A stretch of 64,000 nucleotides of DNA from Eledone cirrhosa (GCA_964016885.1 OZ024741.1:128216001-128280000); one strand, 5' to 3'. Positions 25,000 through 38,485 are shown, counted from the stretch's first letter. Numbers and translations are program-made. Notes: generated by a model not told the origin, from the letters alone.

Positions 25000-25215
25000 G
25001 GTGATAGACTGGCGGAATTGTTTGAACGTCGGACAAATGCTTAGAAGTATTTGTTCCAGCTCTTTACTTTCTAAATTCAAATCCCACCGATGTCAACTTT
25101 GTCTTTCATCCTTACGGGGTTGATAAAATAAAGTACCAGTATTGCCCTGTAATCGATTTAATCGACTATCACCTTCCCTTCAAATTGTGCTGTCCTTGTG
25201 CCTAAATCAGAAACC
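25000..25215 (+). mobile_element. SINE family 1 copy
   Basis: Shared core. Confidence 0.75.
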
Positions 25216-26022
25216 AAAAAAGTTATCTACATTGTGGTGGCTATGTTATTAAATTCAGACCTGGAAAGGGATGGGCCCCGCCAGGTTTTAAAATGCCCTA
25301 GAAACGTCGTATGTCAATACGGCACCCCTCGGGAGTTACGGGATTATGCATACATTCAACAATAAGGGATGTCAAGGAGCTACAGTCACTTACTGAATTT
25401 TGATGACAAGGTCCTTAAAGATGTTGATGGGAGTGAAGAATTTCTAAAAGGAAATGACTCTTATTTATATATTTTTATTGTACAGTACAGTTTGTATTTA
25501 AACATGCTGAGTACGTTGGCGCTTAGAAAAGTAACTGTCTTTTGTTAACAGTGACAACAACATTAAGTTGTTCATTCTTGAAATGTATTAATTATGTCAG
25601 AGAGTTGATCCCGGTAGAGCCTCTATTTCTCCCCATCCAGAGATCACAGCTCCGACATTTACCGACATGGGATTGGATGGAAGGTTGGTCTCGTAACTCT
25701 TGAAGAAATTGCAGGGGCACCGTATAGACATACGGCGTTTCTATGGTATCTTTTAAAGCCTGGTGGAACCCTTCTCCTCTCCAGGTCTGAGTATAGCAGA
25801 TTTGTTCCAGAAAAAAATAGAGAGTGAGAGAATAGAAGTGAGAAAGAAATATAGAGGAAGAATCGACCCCAGTAATTTACAGGTACTTTTTTATCGACCT
25901 CGAATGGATAAAAAGTAAAGTTGACCTTGGTAGGATTTGAACTCAGAGAGCAGGGAACTTGAGCAAATACCGCAAAGCATTCTGTGCGAAGTTCTAACGA
26001 CTCGCCAATTCGCCGCCTTTCG

Positions 26023-26199
26023 CATTGGATTAGAATGTCTAAAGAAAGTATCACTGAACAGATTTGACGGGGCAAAGTCAACCGATAAAAGCCCAGAGGT
26101 AGACCACGAGTAAGATGGCTAGATAACATATACATGAGTTCAGTCGGCATCACTTGGGAGATCCAACCGGATCAATTGGGGACGGTTGCTTCTGATACG
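26023..26199 (+). mobile_element. RTE-like LINE 3' fragment followed by a (GAA)n/(GAG)n tract
   Basis: Encodes PRGRPRVRWLDNI, a typical RTE C-terminal motif. Confidence 0.55.
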
Positions 26200-26425
26200 G
26201 AAGAAGAAGAAGAAGAAGAAGAAGAAGAAGAAGAAGAAGAAGAAGAAGAAGAAGAAGAAGAAGAAGAAGAAGAAGGAGGAGGAGGAGAGAAGAAGAAGAA
26301 GAAGAAGAAGAAGAAGAAGGAGGAGGAGGAGGAGGAGGAGGAGGAGGAGGAGGAGGAGGAGGAGGATGAGAAGGAGGAGAAGGAGAAGAAGGAGAAGAAG
26401 AAGGAGGAGGAGGAGAAGGAGAATG

Positions 26426-26472
<47 letters not shown>

Positions 26473-26473
<1 letters not shown>

Positions 26474-29400
26474 GCTCAGGATGAAACTCCAAATGAAAAT
26501 AACGAGATCGTAAATGATAAAGAAATGCCAACTTGAAGGATGAAATTATGATCGAATGGATGAAAATGAAAGAATCTGACATGGGGAAACGAGACACCCT
26601 CCCTAAGATCCAGAACTCCAAACAGAACCAAAAGATAATACACAAGACTAACATAATTCTCAAAAACATTATCATCACAAACAAACTAAACATTACTGAT
26701 TTAAATCATCTCTATTATGCATCGGCTAAAGTCACCACTCACTTATGTGGAGTGAAGATGAAAAAACAAAGGAATTCCCACAAGAAATCTACTTGGCAAG
26801 AGAACATCAATCGCCAAATAAACCTTCTCCGATCTGACATAGAAATTTTAACAAACTATAAAGTAGGTGAACATGTTAAACAAACTAAACTTAGAAAATT
26901 GAAAAGAAAGTATAGTATAAAATCAACAAGTGACATAGACATGCTGATAGAAATAATCAAGCAAAAAGTGTCGGCCAAAGCTGCTCGTATAAGGCGCTTT
27001 GAAAAACGATCTAGATTCTATAAGGACAATAATATGTTCAAAAACAACCAAAGAAACTTCTACAGAAAAATTGGTAAGTCAACAATAACTGCTAAATCAA
27101 TACCACCCAAGGAGGAAGTGCAAGAATTCTGGGAAAAGATCTGGGCCGAAGAAAAAGTTCATAACATACATGCCCCATGGATAGACAGACAAATGAAAGA
27201 TACAGCTCACCTTGAGGAACAAATATGGGAAAACATAACAGTTGAACAGTTGCGCTTGGCTCTAAGAAAAACCAGCAAATGGAAATCCCCAGGAAAAGAC
27301 AAAATACAAAATTTTTGGATAAATGCCTTCACAGAGTCTCATGAGCTGTTAGCCCAACTTTACAATGAAATAGTTAAGGAGCCAGAAAAGATACCATCAT
27401 GGCTAGTTAACGGCATTACATTCCTGCTTCCGAAGAATGATGAGACAAACAATCCCAAAAATTACAGACCGATAACTTGCTTGACCACAATGTATAAAAT
27501 TTTAACATCAGTCCTAACTTAATACACATATGACCACCTGATAACAAATGACATATTTCCCATTGAGCAGAAAGGGTGTAAACGAGGCTCATATGGCTGT
27601 AAGGATCAGCTTTTGGTTAACAAAATGATACTGGAAGATTCTCATAATAGACATAAAAATCTATCAATTGCTTGGATAGATTATAAAAAAGCATTCGATA
27701 GTTTGCCACACAGTTGGATTGAAAAATGTTTAGAGATTTTCAAAATATCCCCCGTTGTCAGGAGGTTTTTGTCATTCAGTATGAAGACATGGAAAACGAC
27801 ACTCCTTTTGAATAGTGAAACAAAATCACTGGAAGCTGGAGAAGTTAATATTAATTGTGGAATTTTTCAGGATGACTTTTATCACCGCTTTTATTCTGCA
27901 TCGCACTTATACCATTAAGTAAAATGCTCAATGAAACAAAACATGGATATAGAGTCTATGACAAAACCATTAATCACTTGTTCTACATGGATGACCTGAA
28001 ACTATTTGCAAAAAATGATGAACAATTGCAAGGGCTATTATCCACTGTGGAGCAGTTCAGTGATGACATTAAAATGGAGTTTGGACTAGATAAATGCGCC
28101 AAAGCAACGTTCACCAGAGGAAAGCTGCTGAAGGGTTCAGACATTAATCTGAAAAAACTTACAAATATCTAGGTGTTTGTGAAGGAGACGGAATCAAGCA
28201 CTCGACAATGAGGGAAAGGATAAGGAAGGAATGTTACCGCAGAGTAAGAGCAATCTTAAGAACGGAATTGAATGCAAGGAATAGGATCGATGCCATAAAC
28301 ACGCTTGCCATACCAGTAGTAACCTACAGTTACAATGTCATCAACTGGTCAAGCACAGAGATCCGTAGGCTCGATACAAAAATTCGAAAATTCTTAACCA
28401 TGCACAGAATGCATCACCCTAAGGCAGATATAGATAGAATATATCTCCCTAGGAAAGAAGGAGGACGTGAGTTAGTCCAGTTAGGCATTGCGTTGAAAAC
28501 TGCAACAATTGGATTATCTACATATCTAAGGGAATCACATGATTGGATGACAAACTCGTTTTGAAACACGAAAGCATCAAAAGATCATATTCCATTACAA
28601 AAGATGCACAAAGATACAGTAATGGACTACAAATTTCAGAAGTCCCATTTACTGCTGAAATGGAAAACACAGAAAAAGCAAAGCAGGTAAAAGTAACTGC
28701 AAAGAAAGAACTGCTACAGAAACTGGCTAAGAAATGGCAAGAAAAGCCTCTGTATGGAAAATACCCAGAACGAGCTAACAATCCTGATGTTGACAAAACT
28801 TTAACCCATCAGTGGTTGGTATCCTCTGGACTGAAATCGGAGACTGAAGGACTGATTATATCAGCACAAGATCAGTGTCTGCCAACAAAAAATTACCAAG
28901 CCAACAATAAAAAATGGATGCAGCCCATTATGCCGTGTATGCAAAAAACAACCAGAGACGATTGACCATATAATTTCAATGTGCAGTCCTATAGCTCCAA
29001 CCGAATACCTAAACAGGCATGACAGAGCTGCACAATACATACATTGGATAATGTGTAAGCATTTTGACCTGCCCCATCAAAAGAATTGGTGGGAGCATCA
29101 ACCACCTCCCATACTTGAAAAAGATCACATCTCAATCTTGTGGAACTTTAGCATCCAAACAGACCGAAAAATAGATGCAAATAGACCTGATATAATATTG
29201 AAGGACTTTCAAAAGAGGGTATGCCTGCTAATTGATATGTCTGTTCCAATAGACAAGAATGTATCTATAAAAACATTTGAAAAATTGAGCAAGTATAAGG
29301 ACCTGGAGATAGAAATTGGAAAAATGTGGAAATTGAGAACTAAAACAATACCAGTGGTTGTAGGCGCTCTGGGAATGATACCTAAGGGGTCTAATGATTA

Positions 29401-29639
29401 CTTATCGCAAATCCCAGGAAACCCGCGTATAGGAGAAATACAAAAGATAGTACTAATGAGAACTGCCCATATACTAAGGAAGATTCTGTCAATATAAGTA
29501 CATCACAAGTCTAAACACTAAAGATGCATGTGTGAGTATGTATGTTCTTTCTTGAACATGGCGGACCTTGTTGTCTCTTGAGGTCACTGGTTGTGACTTG
29601 GTGATAACTCGTATGAACATAAAGCAAGATAAATGCAAC

Positions 29640-29640
<1 letters not shown>
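26473..29640 (+). mobile_element. 5'-truncated Dong/R4-clade retrotransposon (RT + CCHC + RLE) between (AAT)n arrays
   Basis: [63 protein letters not shown]; several stops and frameshifts. Confidence 0.92.
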
Positions 29641-29686
<46 letters not shown>

Positions 29687-29688
<2 letters not shown>

Positions 29689-30110
29689 GACGGACAAGAA
29701 ACTGGAACACAATAGACCTGACCTGGTGGTTTTGGACAAAGAAAAAAGATCGTGCCTGATTGTGGATGTGGCCTGCCCATTCGACACGAGAGTGCAAGAG
29801 AAGGAGGGGAGAAAATTAACCGATACCAGGACTTAAAGTGGGAGGTAAAAAGGATTTGGAACTGCCATGAAGTCAAAGTGGTCCCGATTGCCATAGGCGC
29901 ACTAGGGACTATCTCAAAAAGTTTCCAGGGATGGTTAAAGAAAATTGGCCCCTTCACGCTTTTTGGAACGCTTCAAAAGGCATGCTTGCTGGGAACAGCA
30001 AGAACCCCCCGATACGTCCTGAATATCTGAGGCTGCAGGTAGTGGCTTGATATTTATCTCAACAAACTTTCCAGTTAACCAACATCAATGACTGAGATTC
30101 AAGGAATAAC
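29687..30110 (+). mobile_element. 3' fragment of a different Dong/R4 family (RLE domain) between (AAT)n arrays
   Basis: HNRPDLVVLD..IVDVACPFD..RYQDLKWE..VVPIAIGALG..LQKACLLGTA. Confidence 0.85.
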
Positions 30111-30162
<52 letters not shown>

Positions 30163-30405
30163 TTTTCTTTATTAACCACAAGGGTTCACATAAAGTAGAC
30201 ATTAAGGACAGTACAGGACAATACAGGACGGTACAAATGGGCATTTCTGCGTGTAAAAAAAACAGAGGTTGAAATAAAATAACAAAGAAAAATTCCCCAA
30301 TAGGGGGGAGACTTCCGAGGGACATTTGTGGAGAAAGCCCATTAAAAGACCACAGTGGCCCTGACCACCAGGGCAAGTGCCCTCTCCCAGTTTTCCACCT
30401 TTAAT

Positions 30406-33400
30406 TTACAGACACATACTCAGAGTAGGCCCATTCACTCGGGCCATACTTGCTTCTCTCACCCATCTTTCAACAAAATGCTGGGAAGAGAGCACTTCCC
30501 TCTCTACCCTGATTTTCCTTTTCAAATGAAATTTGAAAAAGTTAATCAGGGCATCACCGAAGAGGTAAGTGCTCGTCTTCAGCCCTTTCAAACGTGTCCA
30601 CCATACTATCTCTTTCGCCATGGCCACCAGACAGTTAAAAACTGCCTGCCCTTCCAGGCTAAAGGAAGGGGGCGGGGCAATCCTCACGATGGACTCAGCT
30701 GATAGCCGGATCCGTCCTACACGTGACAGCAGGTGTTCGACATAAACCCACAAGTCAGCAATGCTCGGACACTGGACGAGTGCGTGCAGGACGGTTTCGT
30801 CGCCCTGCGCGCATCTCGGACATGCCCGGCTGACGGCACCTCCATGCCTGTAGAGTTTATCCCGAACTGGAAAAGCTCCTCGGTAGCACTGCCAGGCCAG
30901 GGATTTCTGGAAGTTGTCCATAGGCCCCGGCCCGAAAGTCCTTCCGAAGAGATTGGCTAGTTGATTTTCGTCGACGCCTAGAGTTTCTCCAAGTACGTCG
31001 TCGCTCTTCCCCTCCACTAATCCCCTATAGAACGCCAAGGTGGAGTTTCCACCGATCACATTGCCCGATTGGTCGAGGGCTGTGAGCGCCTGAAGACATT
31101 CCAGTCTCCAAGCGCTCCCTCTCGGTCTTCGCTTGACCCAGGACTGCAGCTCCGTCAAGGAGACGAGCTGGGGAAAAACGTGTCTTGCAAACGGCGACCA
31201 CACCTGATCACCGTCGAGGAAGAGGTGGAGATGTCGTAGCCTGAGTGCGTGTCTGCGCATCATCAGCCACGGCATGCCCAGCCCTCCACGTAGCGAGTGT
31301 TGACAGCAGATGGACCGCCTGACCATCGGAGCGCGTCCCTTCCACAAGAAGCGAAAGAGCAAACGCTCCAGCGCAGTCAGGCGGGGCTTAGGACAAGGTA
31401 CGACGGTCAGGCGGTAGTAGATGACGGATGCGATGTACGCATTCGCCACCTCCGCTCGACCTTTCAGGGATAGCTTCCTCTCGGCCCATTTCTGGGTGAG
31501 AGAAGCCACCCTGCTCGTCACCTCGTCCCGGATTTTGTCCGTCTGGAGGTCTGGACCGAACCAGACCCCTAGCAATTTAACCGGTCCGTCCGTCCAGCGC
31601 CCGACGACGCTGTTGGACGGCATGGACCTGCCTCTCCAGGTGCCGAGCTGCAGGCCCACTGACTTTTCCTGGTTGATCATTACTCCTGTCACCGCTTCGT
31701 ATTCTCTTAGTGTAGTGCCGATCGCCTCGATGTGTTTGGCGTTCGACACCACTACGGTGACATCGTCGGCATATGCTGACACGGATCTTCCGCATCCTAG
31801 TTCGCGCGGGACCCCCCTCAACGTCTCCAGTTTGTGCAGTAATGGCTCGAGAGTCAATACGTACAATAGGGACGAGAGGGGACATCCTTGGCGGACCGAG
31901 CGCATGATGTTGAACGGTTCCGAAAGGTGACCGTTCACTCTCACTACAGAGCAGATGTCGCTGTGCATGGCAGCGTCCAGCCTCTGAAGACGGGCCCAAA
32001 GCCAGCCGCCCTCAGGACTGCCGCTAGGTAACGATGGTCGACCCTATCGAAGGCTTTCGACTGATCTAAATTGATCAAAGACCCACCCGTGCCAGGTCCC
32101 TTAGCTACCCTCTCTACGATGTATCGCATGAGGTGGAGGTTGTCGTGGATGGATCTGTCGGGAATGGCGCATGTCTGTGCCTCTCCCACCAGACCACCAA
32201 CGACAAGCGCCAACCTCTTTGCTAGCACCTTGGCCAAAATCTTGAACTCTGTGTTTAGCAGAGTTATGGGCCTAAAATTATCTATGTTATCCCCCTTGTT
32301 CGGATCCTTTCTCAGCAGCGCCACCGCTCCTCGGCTCACAGAGCTGGGAATTCTCCCGTTCTGTTGCCAGTTGCAGTAGACGTCCGCCAAGAGGCCTCCG
32401 AAAAAGTTTGGCATTTGTACGTAAAGTTCATAGGGCAGACCATCCAAACCAGGCGATTTACCCCTTGTGCAACTAGTCATTGCATCCCGTACTTCAGCGG
32501 TTGTTATCGGCTTTTCGCAACACTCCGCCTCAGTGGCCGAAAGCCGCGGCAGTCCGTCGAGGTAGACACTAAAGTCCATCCCTCGATCCGGCCCGCCACT
32601 GCCCCCGAACAGTTGAGCGAAGTGTCGCTGAAAAGCTTCACACATTTTCCCGGGATCGAGTAGCATGCGCCCGTCGTGGTCCACCAAAGACCGGATCGTG
32701 GCTTTGTTGCCACGACGCGCCTCCGCCACTCGGGCCCATTGAACGGCTTTCGTCCCCTCGTGTCTGAGAGCACGCACCCTAGCTCTGACAACGCAGCCTT
32801 CGTGCTTTGCATTGAAGAATTGGTCAAGGGCCAATTTCGCCGCAAGTACGTCGGTCGCGATGCCTTTGCTAAGCGCCTCATCTAATTTTCTAACTAATTC
32901 TCCCTCTGCTCTATTTTTCTCTATTGCTAAAGTCTTACTAAACCTAATGGACTCTATTCTAATTGCTCTTTTCAGAGCAAACCACCACTTGTTGACGATG
33001 GCCCCCGTCAACGCCCGCTTAACTAGTTCGCTAATCCGGTCTCTGTAGGCTTTGCGCGCTGGTAAGGACGCGTTTAGCTTCCAGTAGCCGGGTCCTTGTC
33101 TATGAAGCCTATCTAAGTCAAGCACACAGATCACGAATTTGTGGTCCGTGTAGCTGACTATCTTGAATTGTGGACAGCCTATGCTAGACCTATCTATTTC
33201 CCTACAAAATACTCTATCTAGATATGATCTGGATGACCCTATGCGATTTGTCCAAGTCCACATTGGTACATTCGGGAAATCCATTCGGTACCTGTCAGAC
33301 AGTTCAAAACGTCTGAGCAGGTTGGTGAGACTCTTGCACCCTCCTTCCCTATCCACTAATCCCACACAATCCCAGCGTGCATCTAAGATCCCGTTCCAGT

Positions 33401-33821
33401 CGCCCACTAACACTAAAGAGCGGGACGTTCCAAGAAAGGTCTCCAGACGCCGGAAGAAATCAGGCCGCCCTGCTCCTGTCGGGGCATAGACGGCCACTAA
33501 CCTGAAAGCTTGCCCGTCTCCGCTGGTCACGTCCAGCACCACCAACTTACCTTCTGGGTCCAGGAAGATGGCCCGTATGGCAAGATCCAAACCTCTCCGA
33601 AAAAGCACAGCAACTCCTCCACCCGATCCCGGACGGCTGGGAGATGCGTACACATCGTAGCCGCCGAAGATCGGTGCGAACGCCTGTGCTTCGGAGATTC
33701 TGGTCTCGCTGATGGCCACTACATCTATGTTTAGTGACCTGAGGTCGTTGAGCAGGTGGCCCTGCTTCCATGACGACCCCAAGCCACGCGCATTTATGCT
33801 GCCTATTCTGAGTGAGGTCAT
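30406..33821 (-). CDS. ORF2: apurinic-like endonuclease + reverse transcriptase + zinc finger (single 1-nt deletion near 31976)
   Basis: SINARGL, SET, GDWN, YLDRVF, TDH; KSPGLDG, LDQSKAFDRVDH, QGCPLS, YADD; CPRC..ETVLHALVQC. The two listed ORFs join if TGG-AC-GCT is restored to TGG-ATC-GCT. Confidence 0.93.
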
Positions 33822-33855
33822 GTTGAAAAGGAGTGGAAAAGATGGGAAAGACCAC

Positions 33856-35852
33856 TTACCTTACTTCTCGTAGGGGAAGGACGGTTTTTCCATCCTTTTC
33901 ACTGCTTGTGGCCTCCTCAGGAAGGATGTCCTTATAAATCCTCCTGGAGAGTGCTTGTCGGAAGTCTCCGATGTCTTTGGGGAATTTTTGTTTTAGTGTC
34001 ATGTACGTTTTCTGTGTGATGCGAGTGATTTGTATGTGTGGAGGTGGTGTGAATTTTGGGGTTGTTGTGTAGTCTTTTTCTGTGATGCTGGTGTTGTGTT
34101 GGATGTAGTGTAATAATTGCTTGTTGTTCAAATTTAATGCTGTGTAGTGTGTATCGTTTTGGTTGTTTTGTTTTGTTTGCGTTTGTTGTGGGTTTGTTTC
34201 TGTTTCGCATTTTGGTGACTTTTGTGGTGTAGGTGATGGTGGTGTTGGAGTTAATGATGGTGATGGTGTTGGTGTTTGGGTTGATGGGGTTGGTGATGCT
34301 GGTGTGGATGGTGGCATATCTGTCCTAACTTTTTTGTTTCTTAGTTTATTTGTTTCCCTCTGTATTTTGTTTTTGGAGGGGGAAGGAAGAGAATTTTTTC
34401 TTTTTTGGTTTCTTTTTTTTTTTCCGGATATCGTTTCCCACTCCTCGTCGTCACAATCTGTCTCCAGTTGTGATAGGCCGGGGAGTGGAAAATCCTCCAC
34501 AGCCGTTAGTTTTGGTTGTGGTGTGGTGGATGGTGTAGGCGCTGGTGCTAGTTCTGAAGCGTTGGGTGGTGGTGGTGTTGGTTTTGCTGGTGGTGGTAGT
34601 GGTGTTGGTTTTGCTACTGTTGCTGGGGTTGTTGCTGTTATAGTTGCTTCTGTTGTTGCTGCTACAGTTGTTGCTGCCATCTCTGCTACTGGTGGTGTTG
34701 ATGGTTGTGTCACTGGGGTGGGTAGGAGAGGTGGCCTCAACCTTTTAGCCTGAGGGCAGAAAGCCCTTAGGTGGGTTCCTTCACCACAAACGACACACCT
34801 AGGTCTTCTGCCCTCGACAATTACCGTGAGGTGGCTGCCGTCAGTGAGGTCTATTACCTCTGGGATCTCCTCAATGCTTTTTTGGTCCGCTTGGATCAGG
34901 AGCTCCATCCCAGATCCGGACCAGTTTTCCTGCTTTTCTTTTGCTACTGCTATTATTTTCGTGTTGGCTTCGATGCCGGCGAGGACAGCCGCTATTAGCC
35001 AGGGAATTTCGATGGCCGGTGGAACGTGGGTCACCCTGATCTTTACGAGTCTCTGGCCACAATAGCTTGGGACGAGTGTGAGGTCGTCACTTTTTAATGG
35101 GGCCATGGAGTGTTCTCTAGCCTCCTCTGGTGTTTCAAAGAACACATCCACGGTTCCATACTTTTGCCCACGTCTGATGTGGGTTTTTCTTGCCCACACA
35201 TGTCCCAAAGCTTTTTGGATTTGGGACTCGGATGCCCGTTCCACTCGGCGCGATTTTACATTTATTGTTCTATACGACACGGTGCACAGGCGCCGATGCT
35301 CCATTTTATTAGGTGGGGGGGGGGGGGTGAGGCTGACCCTGTACCCATCTTTCTTTACCATTTGTTTGGCATTTTCTAAATCTTCTTGAGTTACCGTGAA
35401 CGCTTCGAATTGTTTTGCTACGATGGCGAAACTGAGGGTCGGTTTTATAATGTCATTGTTGTTGTTGTTGCTATCGTTAATATTAATTTTAGTTTCAGTT
35501 GTGGTGTTGGTGACGTCAGTCGTCTTTGGTGCGGAAGAGTCCATTTTGCTTGATTTCATTTCGACATCACGAGTTAATTTATTTTTTTCTTCTTTTGTTT
35601 CTGTTGTCGCGGTGGTGGTGGTGGGGGGGGGGGGGTTGTCGCGGTGGTGGTGGTGGTGGAGGCTTTAACACCTGCAGTCATTGGTAATGACGGGAAATGA
35701 ATGTCTGCCTGAGACAAATTTAAAATATTGCTACTGCTTATATTTTTTTTTGTGTTGGCAAACGTAGTAACATTTACAATGGTGATGTCGGTGTGAGGTG
35801 TTATTTTGTGAGGAAGGCTTTCAGCTGCTTCGTGCAGAGGTGAAGTAGCCAT
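33856..35852 (-). CDS. ORF1 (gag-like, CCHC knuckle, Pro/Thr-rich); probable N-terminal extension from ATG 35852 across a homopolymer frameshift
   Basis: CVVCGEGTHLRAFC knuckle; the frame upstream of 35559 is open back to the G-run at about 35623-35635. Confidence 0.8.
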
Positions 35853-36063
35853 TTTTTTTTTCAAAGAAATTTTTTGATAATAATAAAAGTTAAAATTTTG
35901 GGCACAAGGCCCCAATCTTTTTAGGTGTCCTTTTCGGAAAACAATGTATGTGTGCTTATAAACAGTTAACAATAAAATGTTCCATAAATGGCAATTTTTA
36001 AACAAACGGAAATAACAAACCTTTGCGGAGCTCACGATAATACGATTTCCTACGTAGGTCGCC

Positions 36064-36095
<32 letters not shown>

Positions 36096-36425
36096 CACCT
36101 GGATGAAGATCATTTTCTCTAGCTCATGTCTATTTATTTCCATAGAAATATCTAGACCGGCACCAATGTTCAATGTTTTAAATCTAGGACAGATCTTTGC
36201 TTTCCCGCTAAAGAGACCATTGTGAAATCAAATGGATCCTGAGTATGTCTCACATATACAATTTCCTTCATCGAAACGTATTGACCTCCTGGCAAACATG
36301 AGTGTACAAGAGAGTACGTTTTCCTTTATTACATATAACAACTTAATCATACCTTATTAATATATATATATACACACACATATTATATATACACATACTA
36401 TATATATATATATATATGTATACAT

Positions 36426-36819
36426 GGTGGCTGCCAACTCGTTTTCGAGTACGGCCACTACTTTATATCCATGTAGGAGAAACCCTACCGATGCGCTGAA
36501 CAAGTGTGACTTTTTAGCCCAGCCAGCGACTTGAAAACTCTGGTACAAACACTACACTTGTGACAAGTATTGACACATAGTGCTGGGCCCATGGTACCAT
36601 GTGACGACAAGGGCAGAGAGATATCGAGATATAATGAAATGCCTGTGCTGTGAAGCTTTTATAGTGAGCAAAGGCACTGCACAAAGCCAGTCCCACTCTC
36701 TTAACCAAGATGATATTTACCAAAAAAGAAGAACAAGTCAACATCATTGGATACCATCAGGGTTGCAGGTGTTATATCAGAGTTTTCCTTCTCCTAGAAT
36801 TCTGCCTTGACAAAGGCTA
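36426..36819 (-). mobile_element. 5'-truncated copy of the bipartite RTE derivative, adjacent to (CATA)n
   Basis: Reverse complement of about 17858-18250. Confidence 0.85.
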
Positions 36820-36932
36820 TATGTATACATACATACATACATACACATATATATATATATATGTATACATACATACATACATACATACATACATACATAC
36901 ATACATACATACATACATACATACATACATAC

Positions 36933-36967
<35 letters not shown>

Positions 36968-37134
36968 TATACTTATATACAGGACTTAACAATCCACATC
37001 ATAGTATATTAACCACCCACACATACGCCTATATCAGTCAACTGGTATTAGTGTCATTTATGTCGACGGATTAAAATGCAGGAACAAGTCTTATTTAAAA
37101 TAATTAAGTAAAGAAATATACATACATACATACA

Positions 37135-37205
<71 letters not shown>

Positions 37206-37318
37206 AATTCTGTACACGGTTCACATATTTTGAAGGATTTCTTTTTTGTATATCCTTAGTAACCTAAATGGAACTGCCAGACTACTGTAATTAGCATTAA
37301 AACACACACGCGCACGCC

Positions 37319-37401
<83 letters not shown>

Positions 37402-37844
37402 GAATATGATTTCTAAAATAGGCACAATTCAAGAAATTTGGCATGTTTTTCTTTTTTAGGGCGGGACAAGTTAGTGAATAGTCAAAACAATCCTCTCCAG
37501 CAATAGTTTGGTCCATAGGTTTGTATGGCCGAATGGTTAAGAAGATCGTTTAACAATCTTTAAGCTCCAGGTTCGATCCCACTGCGTGGCATCTTAACAT
37601 AGTCTCGGGTCGACACAACCTTTGTGACTGAAACTGTCTACACAGAAACCGTAGGATGGAATGCACCCGAAATTCAAAGAGCCAGCCTTGAAACAAGCTG
37701 TAACATGCTGAATCTCCCCGAGACCTGCGATAAGAATACACGTATCTGTGGAATGCTTAGCTACTTACTCGTTCATTTTATGAGCAAGGTGTTCCAGCCG
37801 TGATAATTGCGTCTCACCACTTTTTTTTAAGCAGATATATAATG

Positions 37845-38295
37845 ATTTTTGATTTAGATACAATGCCAGTAATTTGGGTGCAGAAAGAAATCGATTAAAT
37901 CGACCACAGTAGTGAACTGGTACTCTATTTTATCAACCCTAGATTGATGAACTGCAAAGTTAATCTCAGCGGGATTTAAATTCAGAATGTAAAGAGCCGA
38001 AACAAATACTGCAAAGCATTTTGTCCGACGCTCTACCGATGCTGCCGCTCTATCGCCATCTGCAGATATATAATTGTTTCTGATTTAAGCTCAAGGCCAA
38101 CAATTTTGGGGGAGGGGAAAGTCGATTAAATTGACCCCAGTGAAATACTAGTGCTTTATTTTATTGACCTCAGAAGGTATGAAAAGCAAAGCTAACCTCG
38201 GTGGGATTTGAAATCAGAAGGAAAAACGCCAGAACAAAGACAGTGACGCATTTGTCCGACGATCTAACGATTTTGATAATCCTCTGCCCTTGGCA
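37845..38295 (-). mobile_element. Two tandem SINE family 1 copies
   Basis: Shared core twice. Confidence 0.75.
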
Positions 38296-38310
38296 GATAT
38301 ATAATAAAAG

Positions 38311-38485
38311 TATCGTATTTCCCGGCGTCGAAGACACTTCATCCTCGAGACGCACCCTAATTTTGACAACCAAACATTTAAAAAAAAAAGAATAGTAAAT
38401 ATAAAATATGCAACCTTCGGCCTTCAGGACGCATAGTAGATTTTCGAGACTTATTTTAGGAAAAAAGTGGCCGGGAAATACAGTA
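38311..38485. mobile_element. Tc1/mariner (pogo/Tigger-like) MITE
   Basis: TIRs TA-TCGTATTTCCCGGC / GCCGGGAAATACAG-TA. Confidence 0.7.

Larger units (their letters stand above)
30161..36063 (-). mobile_element. Near-intact, apparently full-length Tx1/L1-clade non-LTR retrotransposon inserted in (AAT)n
   Basis: 5'UTR, ORF1, 34-nt spacer, ORF2, and a 3'UTR ending AATAAAGAAAAC; (AAT)n at 30111-30161 and 36064-36094. Confidence 0.95.

Noticed and set aside
31421-35389. Plus-strand ORFs inside the Tx1 element
   Set aside because: Antisense shadows of GC-rich ORF1 and ORF2.
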